A DNA stretch of 38,923 nucleotides, from NCBI GenBank assembly GCA_964389675.1, contig CAYMEV010000029.1:1-38923 (forward strand), read 5' to 3'. Positions 19,618 to 27,745 of this stretch are shown here, one piece after another. Origin of the DNA: an uncultured Candidatus Sumerlaeota bacterium. Lineage in GTDB: Bacteria > CAYMEV01. Made by a program: the position numbers and the translations under genes. Below the pieces are notes generated by a model. The model was given only the letters and a program-made list of their open reading frames with translations, was not told the DNA's origin and made no database searches. The number at the start of each line of letters is the position of its first letter. Positions within the stretch are counted from its first letter, which is position 1.

Positions 19618-20073
19618 ATGAAGAACCTTGCTGTTATTATATGCATTGCCATACTATTCAGCATTTGTGTCCAGGCATCGGAATCCCAGGTAATACTTCT
19701 GGCTTATGAAAAGACCAGGTTTAAGACAGGCCTGATGGAAGAAATGAAAAAGAACCTTGAGAATGAAGGATTTACAGTGGAGATCCTTGAACACAGCAAG
19801 GGCGGTCTGGACAATATCGATACAGACCGCTATGCAGCTATTTTCATTACAAATTCCGGTGTAAACTCCAAAGTGCGCCCCTGGGTAAGCAAATGGATAT
19901 CTGAATCAGGTGCAAAGGATAAGATCCTGCTTCATACCACTCAGAGAAGTGACTGGAAGGTTGAAACAGATGTTGATGCAGTGACATCAGCTTCTGAAAG
20001 GAAAAATATATCTGCTTTTGCCCGGGAATATACTGAAAGGATCAAGGCCCTGATTTCTCAAAATAATGATTAA
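19618..20073 (+). CDS. Exported hypothetical protein, possibly flavodoxin-like alpha/beta fold
   Basis: Signal peptide, GGAGG RBS, ILLAYEKTRFK ... VDAVTSAS pattern. Confidence 0.7.
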   Translation: MKNLAVIICIAILFSICVQASESQVILLAYEKTRFKTGLMEEMKKNLENEGFTVEILEHSKGGLDNIDTDRYAAIFITNSGVNSKVRPWVSKWISESGAKDKILLHTTQRSDWKVETDVDAVTSASERKNISAFAREYTERIKALISQNND

Positions 20074-20179
20074 ATCTGCCCTGCTGATAATTTTATGGGG
20101 AATTTTAGTTTGCTGCGGCTATAACTGCTGGAAACACGGTCATTTTTGCTGACGTTATATGTCAAAAAAGGAGGAGCAT

Positions 20180-20740
20180 ATGAAACGGTTACTTATTCTG
20201 GCAGGCATCGCATGCCTGTTCGCGTCCCTGCTTTCAGCCGGTGATGAAGCTATTACTGAAAAGAAGATGGAATCCTTTGCTTTTGCCTGCATGCACAGTG
20301 AAGGTTCGTATGATCAAATGAACAAAGCTATTGAGGGCTTCATCCAGGAATTTTTCAGGCATGGCCTCATACCTGACGGCCCCCTCATGGGCATTTACTA
20401 CAATTCTCCGGACATGGTCAAGCCGGAAGAGTTAAAGTGGGCTGTTGGCTTTCCCGTTGCTGACGGTGCAAATGTAAAAGAGCCCCTCAAGCTGGATAAT
20501 TTCAGTCACGACATGGTTCTCTGCCATCTTTACAAGGGTCCGTACGAGGGAATGGGCAAGGCCTACGAGGCAATTGAAGTTTACATGAAGGAGAATAACT
20601 ACATCTGGGACGGCCCGGCTTACGAGCGATGGCTGGACAATCCCCAGGAGGTTAGCCCCGAAAACCTTCGCACGGAAATAATTGTACCTGTAAAGAAGTG
20701 TACGGATGAAACGGCAAAGCCTGTGAAACCCGGGAAATAG
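20180..20740 (+). CDS. GyrI-like small-molecule-binding domain protein with a signal peptide
   Basis: HSEGSYDQM, GIYYNSPDMVKPEELKW, YKGPYEGMGKAY and PENLRTEIIVPV. The ATG at 20180 follows GGAGGAG; the ORF track starts at 20159. Confidence 0.88.
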   Translation: MKRLLILAGIACLFASLLSAGDEAITEKKMESFAFACMHSEGSYDQMNKAIEGFIQEFFRHGLIPDGPLMGIYYNSPDMVKPEELKWAVGFPVADGANVKEPLKLDNFSHDMVLCHLYKGPYEGMGKAYEAIEVYMKENNYIWDGPAYERWLDNPQEVSPENLRTEIIVPVKKCTDETAKPVKPGK

Positions 20741-20976
20741 ACCTGACAGGCTGGAAATACTGGGGTTCCAGAGCCTCCTGTTCTTTTTATATGGTGGTTT
20801 TATCTGGTAACGAATATTACGCCAGAACAGATATTATCTTCTTATAAGGAGATATTAGGAATGACCCGTTGAGAGCAGTATCAGCTGGACATTGCCGAGC
20901 CTGATATCAGATGAGGGGAGATATATCCTGGATAACCGCAGGGAAGAAGATTCTGAAAGTTTACTGTTTATAAGCA

Positions 20977-21445
20977 TTAGGGAATAAAGGCTATTATTTT
21001 CATATCAGAGCCGCAGACCGGACATTTCAGCGGATCTATCTCATATACTTTATATATCAGCATTGCCCATGACCTTCGGGCTGACCTTATATCCGGGGGA
21101 TCATTAATTATTTTTATGTCCCTCTTTTTCCTTTTGCCTCTTGAAGCATTGGAATAGTACCTATAATATCTAATAAGGTATTCATAGGGGTCGGGAATAT
21201 GCAGATATACCCTGTGGAGGAATTCAATAGCATCCAGTATCTCAAAATTCCTGTTTTTGCCAGGATGCATCTTTGATCTGTATATGATATTATGGGATTT
21301 CTCTGAGAAGGTTATCTTCTCTGAGGAAAAAGAAGCATGCACTATGTACTCTGCAAGCCTGGATAGGGCATTTGGATTATCCTCTGATATCAATATTGCA
21401 TTATGGACTGAGAAGCCGTCTTTTTGTATATGGCCAACCTCTCAT
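20977..21445 (-). mobile_element. Truncated IS91/ISCR-like rolling-circle transposase (C-terminal half)
   Basis: GFSVHN, LSRLAEYIVHASFS, LDAIEFLHRVYLHIP, IRYYRYYSNASRGKR and SWAMLIYKVYEIDPLKCPVCGSDMKIIAFI. The N-terminal Zn-binding and HUH region is missing. Confidence 0.85.
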
Positions 21446-21496
21446 CTTATTAATAAGTATAGAACTAAATGAATTCAGAATGAAATTTATTAAAAA

Positions 21497-23383
21497 TTAA
21501 AGGATAATCTCTAATATCCTTTCAACATTTTTTTCATCTGGTTCAAAACCTAATTTAATCTGATGTAAAAGTATTCCTTCTTTATATATAGCTACTATAT
21601 AGGATTTATAAGACACAAGTCTTTCTATATAATATGTCAAAACACCATTTTTATCCGAAACAAGGTCTAGATATGTATTAAATCCAAGACATTCTATTTT
21701 TACTTCAATACTTTCCTTATCTGAATCAGTTATAAGATTAAGTATGATTTTATTTCCATGGTTTATTTCCAGATCCCCTAAGTCTGTGTCTTTCTTTATG
21801 CTGATATCAGGATAATAGGTCAAGGTGTACCTATCATGATATATATAAAGATCATAATTACCTTGATAGATTCCAGCATTTTTATTTATACTGAAAAAAC
21901 CTTTATCATCTGTTACAGAATTGCCGCGCGATAATTTACTTAGATCTTTTAAATATTCTGAGTAAGAATCAGGGTATTCTGCAGGTGCAATCAGGCAGCC
22001 AGTATACAGACCATAATTGGACCGGAGGCTAATATAAACAGCAGCACCTGACACTGGATCATTATCTTTATCTTTGATATATCCACAGATATAAGCACCT
22101 TCCCTGAAATAGATATCACCCAATTTCAGGATCATGGGAGCTTTTCTGTATCTTTCTATCATCTTGTCATCTAAATATTTTCTGTAAATCAATTTAGCTG
22201 CAGTTTCATCCTGTTCACAATATAGAAATAAATCTATAAAAAGCTCTTCTTCACTCATAAAACCCGGATTATAATATGGATATCTTGAAATAATATCTCC
22301 AATGTAAGTTATAGGTATATGAAAATTACCGATATTATCTGTATAAATTTCATCAATATTGTCCGATGTACTACCTGCGCATACTAATTCATCATTGGTA
22401 GTATTTATATAGGAATAGCTCATATAGGCTCTAACCTGAACCGGGAAATTTATATATTCATTAGAAACCTTTCCAATAATAGCCATTTCTTCATCAAAAA
22501 ACAACTCATAAGGCTCCCGGGATACAGATACATCAAATAATAGCGTATCATTAGTCAGCTTATTTCTGCCCGCGATACACAATTGTCTTGAGGCATATTC
22601 TTCATCTATGATAAATAGAAACCTATTGTGAATATAAGGTTTGATCGGCTCTACCAATATCAATTCACCTTCAGAATCATAATAAAAGATCCCCATTAGC
22701 CCCCCCCCACACTTAATGCCCGAATTTTTGTACCAAGTGGAACCATATATGCTGTTTTTTCTAATAAGGTAGACAGGATTATCAAATATTACGATTCCTT
22801 CCTCATCAAGCATAAGTTCTTCTTTAAAATCCTTATCTGATGAGAAAAATATCTCCTTTGTATATATATCATCACCTGTTATTGTCGCCTTATACTGATA
22901 TAACGGGTTTACAATGCTGAGCTTAACTTCAGAATATTCAGCTTGTGTTATCTGATATAGATCAATATAATCAGACATCTCGGGTATAAATACTGAAACA
23001 TTTATTTTTGCATTATTAATTCCTTCACATACCCAGTCTAGTGTGTGGAAGCTTATTGGGTCACCGGAAAAATTGATAGTTAGGTCCCCTGCTGTTTTAT
23101 CAATATTTTGATAATATACTGCCTGACCCTGCACTGCAATAAGTATGCCTCCCTCAAAAGCTAGCAGATCATAGCAGGGCAATTTACCCTCTTTGTAATC
23201 CATGGGATTTAAGATTTCAGACCATATAATCTCCCATTTATTGTCCTGACTGTTAAAACAATAAACATATAGATGAAGGTCAGCCGACGAATCTGAAAAT
23301 GATCTATCAAGGTAAAATATGGCTTTTAATACAGGTGAAAATAAAAATAGAACAACAATAAATAATATTAGCTTACTTTTCAT
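21497..23383 (-). CDS. Exported protein with carboxypeptidase-regulatory-like beta-sandwich domains (operon copy 2, gene C)
   Basis: Signal peptide; GYIKDKDNDPVSGAAV ... VTDDKGFFSI. Shares LHLY, IA.QGQ.VYY.NI, KNSIYGS, NRFLF and GDIYF blocks with 14686-16560. Confidence 0.8.
   Translation of the reverse strand: MKSKLILFIVVLFLFSPVLKAIFYLDRSFSDSSADLHLYVYCFNSQDNKWEIIWSEILNPMDYKEGKLPCYDLLAFEGGILIAVQGQAVYYQNIDKTAGDLTINFSGDPISFHTLDWVCEGINNAKINVSVFIPEMSDYIDLYQITQAEYSEVKLSIVNPLYQYKATITGDDIYTKEIFFSSDKDFKEELMLDEEGIVIFDNPVYLIRKNSIYGSTWYKNSGIKCGGGLMGIFYYDSEGELILVEPIKPYIHNRFLFIIDEEYASRQLCIAGRNKLTNDTLLFDVSVSREPYELFFDEEMAIIGKVSNEYINFPVQVRAYMSYSYINTTNDELVCAGSTSDNIDEIYTDNIGNFHIPITYIGDIISRYPYYNPGFMSEEELFIDLFLYCEQDETAAKLIYRKYLDDKMIERYRKAPMILKLGDIYFREGAYICGYIKDKDNDPVSGAAVYISLRSNYGLYTGCLIAPAEYPDSYSEYLKDLSKLSRGNSVTDDKGFFSINKNAGIYQGNYDLYIYHDRYTLTYYPDISIKKDTDLGDLEINHGNKIILNLITDSDKESIEVKIECLGFNTYLDLVSDKNGVLTYYIERLVSYKSYIVAIYKEGILLHQIKLGFEPDEKNVERILEIIL
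22700..22708 (-). repeat. G9 homopolymer inside gene C of copy 2 (Gly-Gly-Gly)
   Basis: C9 on the plus strand; reads TGT GGG GGG GGG CTA on the minus strand; currently in frame. Confidence 0.9.
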
Positions 23384-24431
23384 TTTCTATAATTTTCTTT
23401 TTTATCAATAATATACTTTCAGACAGAAGCCTGTCACGCAAATATGACCAATGCATAATCTTGCAGAAAATTTCTGCATATTCCTGTTCATCATGCGCAA
23501 ATATGTTATTATGGCACTCGAAATGATCAATTGCTTTTATATTATTATTTTTAATATAATTTATCATGTATTCATATTGAACTGAATCATAATATGCAGC
23601 TTTAGCCATAATATTTAGCAATGTGGGCTCAACTACATGAAAATATAACTCATCATTTTGCTTATATGTATCCTCTATAAAAGATTTCAATTCAGCTGAT
23701 TCAGAATTGAGATGAATAATGCTGCTGCATGTTTTGCATTCTGCATCCTTATTAATCTTTATTGGTCTGAAGAAGGTTCCAGGTTCGAGGAATTTGTTTT
23801 CTTCAATCTCCTTTATTTTCGATGTTATGAGGAATCCTCCCTGAATATGTATTCCATAATACAGATCCTTATCAATATTAGAACCACCTGTTTTCATATC
23901 ATCAGAGACAGTGAATTCTGTTTCTTCTATTTTATCAAGGTTGCTTTTCAGAATCTTTACCGGAACAACACTATCTTGATCCTGTATATATGCTTCAACT
24001 CCAGTTTTTGCAAAATCATCAGCTGATATCCATGATTTTCCGTTGTATTTTAACACCATATCAAAGGGATTTACATTTTTAAATCTTTCCCAGACCACTG
24101 GATCCATAGTATTAAAAGCCACCTCACTATGCCGTGGTATGTATCCTTCGAGAAGGCCTACAGGTACACACTCCAACTGCAATGACTCTATAATTATCTT
24201 GTCATATTCATTTAGAAGGCTTGTGATTTTATCAGATATTTCCTTTTTGCTTAAATTCAAATAGTCATAGGCATTAAACTTGCCATTCTTTATATCATTC
24301 ATAACAGGGCTAAATTTATTTTTAAATTTTTCTATAATTATTTCGCTTTCAGAGGGGCATATAACCTCCCCGACTATAAAAAAGGTATATACAATAGATA
24401 TGAGACAACCTATTAAAATTCGCTTTTTCAT
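23373..24431 (-). CDS. Exported hypothetical protein (operon copy 2, gene B)
   Basis: Hydrophobic N-terminus. Shares YDYL, ES.Q.E..P.GL, VNP.D....YNG..W.S.DDF.KTG..AY, VKILKS.LDK and YGI.I..GFL.T with copy 1 gene B. Confidence 0.8.
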   Translation of the reverse strand: MKKRILIGCLISIVYTFFIVGEVICPSESEIIIEKFKNKFSPVMNDIKNGKFNAYDYLNLSKKEISDKITSLLNEYDKIIIESLQLECVPVGLLEGYIPRHSEVAFNTMDPVVWERFKNVNPFDMVLKYNGKSWISADDFAKTGVEAYIQDQDSVVPVKILKSNLDKIEETEFTVSDDMKTGGSNIDKDLYYGIHIQGGFLITSKIKEIEENKFLEPGTFFRPIKINKDAECKTCSSIIHLNSESAELKSFIEDTYKQNDELYFHVVEPTLLNIMAKAAYYDSVQYEYMINYIKNNNIKAIDHFECHNNIFAHDEQEYAEIFCKIMHWSYLRDRLLSESILLIKKKIIENEK

Positions 24432-24587
24432 AATATGTTCACTATCTCCTATACTTTATAAATGATTATTATTGTATTATTAGGACATTGCCTGAAATTT
24501 TTAGTTCATTTTTAATATTATATATTTTTAAGAATTATAGAAAACATATACAATAGAACCTTGAGAATCTAATTTTTTCGAGAATTA

Positions 24588-25031
24588 TCAATGTGCATCT
24601 CCATTCCTGCAGCATCTGTATATTCTAGGGTATATTTTGCAATGCTTATTATAACTTCCCACATGCATAGCATATATACAACTCTCACATCCATCTCCTA
24701 TAGTTTCTTCATCACATCTGCGATAATTAGAACTTTCTGGTACGTTATTGCACATTCCAGTTGGAGTTGGCTCTATATATTCAGTTCTGGCATATATACA
24801 TAATGGTTCCACTGTAATATGCATTTTTCTACATTGGTATAAAGCACAATACATATATCCATCCCATTCCCCAGGGAGTGTTTTCTCAATATCAGAGACC
24901 TTTAATTTAACACAAATTGTCCTTTCGTTTGTATCATAATTTGGGTTCTCTCCATAGATGGAAATAACAGCAAATCCTGCAAATAAGATAACCAGAGCTA
25001 GACAACAAAACATTTTTGCAATAGAATTCAT
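24588..25031 (-). CDS. Small exported cysteine-rich protein (operon copy 2, gene A2)
   Basis: Signal peptide; same 10-Cys framework (CIYAR, GMC, CESCIY, YPRI..CC) as 17628-18098; AAGGAGG RBS. Confidence 0.85.
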   Translation of the reverse strand: MNSIAKMFCCLALVILFAGFAVISIYGENPNYDTNERTICVKLKVSDIEKTLPGEWDGYMYCALYQCRKMHITVEPLCIYARTEYIEPTPTGMCNNVPESSNYRRCDEETIGDGCESCIYAMHVGSYNKHCKIYPRIYRCCRNGDAH

Positions 25032-25074
25032 TTCTCTTATAACCTCCTTACTATTCTAATTACTTTCATTTTTT

Positions 25075-25554
25075 TTAAGCTGATAATTTTAAGTTATAAT
25101 TTGTTTTATAGCAACAGGGTCCTATAAACTGAGAATACTACAAAATACATATGAGAATAATATGCCCAAATGACTGAAGTATTCCAGATGATAATAACAG
25201 CTTTCACAAGAACTGACTGGATCTCCAGGGACACAGTTTTCGCCGCATTTGCAGACTCCGGGATTATGTGAATTTATAGAACTCCTTGCATATTGGAAAT
25301 CACAAACAACATGAGAGTATGGACAATAATCAAGAGGACAAAGTGCCCTCATAGATTCTACCCTTTATCTGAGTCTCTGAATGCTCTTCATAGATTAATG
25401 AAGAATATATATCATCGATATCATGCTTAGCTTCTTCAATTGTCTCTATGTCATTAATAACAGGTTCTCTTGTTTCATTTGAATAATTATCTGTTAAAAA
25501 TAATAGCTGTATCAGCATTGCAGTTAAGCAGCATGCTCGACTTAACTTTATAAT
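25075..25554 (-). pseudogene. Pseudogenised close homologue of copy-1 Cys-rich gene A
   Basis: Start is ATT instead of ATG (25554). One frameshift lies near 25340 (ORFs 25330-25518 and 25122-25352 are the two halves) and a second lies before IGPCCY. Collinear with 17628-18098. Confidence 0.9.
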
Positions 25555-25593
25555 TTATTAAACTCCTTTTGCTTAATTTTTACTCTGTTTTTA

Positions 25594-25624
25594 ACTATAC
25601 CCCCCCCCCACGATATAATGTCAA
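25594..25624 (-). promoter_or_regulatory. Sigma70-type promoter with a G10 tract in the spacer (copy 2)
   Basis: Same TTGACA-TTATATCGT-G10-TATAGT as 18138-18168, inside a ~70-bp identical core. Confidence 0.88.
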
Positions 25625-26335
25625 GTATTTATTACAAATTTTTAAAGGTATTTGAAATCTTGTATTATACAGCCTATAAATCTCTATTAGTGAAGACAAT
25701 TACAAACTATATGACATCTAATAGCTATGGAACAGGCATATAAACAAGGCATAACGCTCTTGATACATACTGCCGGGAACCTTCTTTTTTATATGGCGGC
25801 TACATATAAACTGTCTTATAACAGACGGGATCTTTGATGAGATAATAATTTCCCCCATAAACATAATAGACACTGGAAAAGCAGTAATAATATTCAGGGA
25901 AAGATCATTTGCAATGTTTTAGAGAGAAATGCACGTAAAACGCTTTTAATAATACCTAGCATCAGTGATACACTCATTCATAAGATGAGAGACTGGCAAT
26001 ATATGCTATTACTGATTCTCATTCTATAATTCCATGAGGGTATCAAAGGGTAATCCCAAATCCTTATTAAGATTCTATGGTCTTTTACGGATAAATATAT
26101 TTTAGGGAGAATATAATATCATAAAAGTAGAGATGCTCCTTTTTTTCTGACTTAAAACAGGGTAAAAATACTGTATTTTAATTTCAGAAAAAATATATAG
26201 ACTCATCAGAAATTATCTCCTAAAATTTTTAAGATTTCAATGATGTATGCAGAATATAGCCAGGATTTGAATATTCTGGCAAAGTTTTTTGATATTTGAA
26301 CTAAAGGGGAAAATTGATTTTTCAATCAGTAAATA

Positions 26336-27649
26336 ATGATTAAATATTTCCTTTTAATACTATTACTGGTTATAACACCTCTTGCAATACTTCTGCAGGT
26401 ATATTTCAGCGGCAACTGGTATTCATTTTTCCACAGCTATTCCCTCGGTATTGTCTTCGGCCTTTTGGCATGGGCGCTATTTCTGTTCACGCTTGTTTTG
26501 TCTTCAAGGGTCAGGCTTCTGGAAAAGATATTCGGTCAGGACAGGCTCATCGTTTTGCACAGATATACTGGAGCCGGTGCTGTTATATCAGGTATACTGC
26601 ATGTGTCATTCAAGCTGTACTTTTCATCAGATGTATCGCCTCACCTGATAAGCGGTGCTATAGCGGGATCTATTATTTTTCCAGTTTCTGCCATGTCTCT
26701 TCTAATCCTATCCCGATCGGTCTTTGACCGTTTCAGGGCAGTAAAAATGGTAAAGAGCTATGCACGCAGGTCAATACGCTATTCCACCATGAAGTTCCTT
26801 CATAATGGTATTGCATTAGCCCTTGCCATTATACTTATACATATTCTAATAGCACCTTCTACAGCGGAGACCAGCCTCCGTTCTGTTATTATAATGCTGA
26901 CAGGCATACCTGTCCTGGGGCTATGGATTTACCATAAGCTGATAAGGCCCTATTTTTATATTAAAGGGAGAATAAAGGAGATACATCATTTCACTGACAG
27001 GCTTTTTTCAGTAAAGATGGAATTTCTTAAGAGTGTTTTAAGTATCATGCCCGGTCAGTTCTGCTATTTCAGGTTCCCAGTCCCTGGTGTCCCAGGGGAG
27101 GAACACCCTCTCACCATATCAGGGGTATTTGACCACCAGACTGCAGAAGTACTTATAAAGAGGGAAGGTTTGTGGACAAATTCTGTATCGGGCCTGGAAC
27201 CTGGCTTGCCTGTGTCCATCAGCAGGCCTTATGGAAAGTTTGATCTCAGCTCCCAGTGCCCTATGCTCTGGGTTGCCGGAGGAGTCGGAATTACGCCGTT
27301 TCTATCCAGGATACGCTCTCTGCGGAACGAAAAGCTGAAACTGAATGTCAGAACTGTCCTGATATGGAGTGCGAGGACTGGCAGAGAAATGCCCTATAGA
27401 GATGAAATAGAGGATTATGAAAACATGGACGGCAATTTTACATTTATTCCCATGCTTACCCGTGAAAAGACTGCTTCACCAAGAATAGATTCTGATTTTA
27501 TTAAAAGAAAGATAAATGAATTATCTCATAAAAATGCTTCCCTATGGTATTGTGGTCCTCTTTTGCTGCGCAGGCATGTTTTCAGGGGTGCTAAGGAAGC
27601 AGGGATAAAAGCAGGGAATATGCACTGGGAAGAGTTCTCCCTGGCCTGA
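26336..27649 (+). CDS. Ferric reductase-like transmembrane oxidoreductase with FAD/NAD-binding domains
   Basis: Six TM helices with paired His (LHRYTG/LHVSF, LHNG/IHIL), plus PGQF, EEHPLTIS, VAGGVGITPF, WYCGP and HWEEF. Confidence 0.92.
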   Translation: MIKYFLLILLLVITPLAILLQVYFSGNWYSFFHSYSLGIVFGLLAWALFLFTLVLSSRVRLLEKIFGQDRLIVLHRYTGAGAVISGILHVSFKLYFSSDVSPHLISGAIAGSIIFPVSAMSLLILSRSVFDRFRAVKMVKSYARRSIRYSTMKFLHNGIALALAIILIHILIAPSTAETSLRSVIIMLTGIPVLGLWIYHKLIRPYFYIKGRIKEIHHFTDRLFSVKMEFLKSVLSIMPGQFCYFRFPVPGVPGEEHPLTISGVFDHQTAEVLIKREGLWTNSVSGLEPGLPVSISRPYGKFDLSSQCPMLWVAGGVGITPFLSRIRSLRNEKLKLNVRTVLIWSARTGREMPYRDEIEDYENMDGNFTFIPMLTREKTASPRIDSDFIKRKINELSHKNASLWYCGPLLLRRHVFRGAKEAGIKAGNMHWEEFSLA

Positions 27650-27689
27650 AAATTATATTTTATTCAAAGCTTTATAGATAATCCTCAAT

Positions 27690-27720
27690 AAAAAAAGGCT
27701 GCACAATAATGTGCAGCCTT
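27690..27720 (-). terminator. Rho-independent terminator of the C25 protease gene, possibly bidirectional
   Basis: 11-bp stem AAGGCTGCACA/TGTGCAGCCTT with a 4-nt loop, running into a T tract on the minus strand. Confidence 0.85.
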
Positions 27721-27745
27721 AATATCCGATTAATAGAATTAATGT

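Noticed and set aside
20811..20976. Possible further gene remnant beside the IS91-like fragment
   Set aside because: The frames I read are stop-ridden or have no recognisable motif; BLASTX would be needed.
14686..25554. RiPP cluster, diversity-generating retroelement or integron cassette array
   Set aside because: No radical SAM, YcaO, lanthipeptide enzyme, peptidase-ABC exporter, reverse transcriptase, integrase or attC-like sites are visible in the window.
25800..26335. Long AT-rich intergenic region as an ncRNA or pseudogene
   Set aside because: No stable structure or recognisable translation was found by eye.
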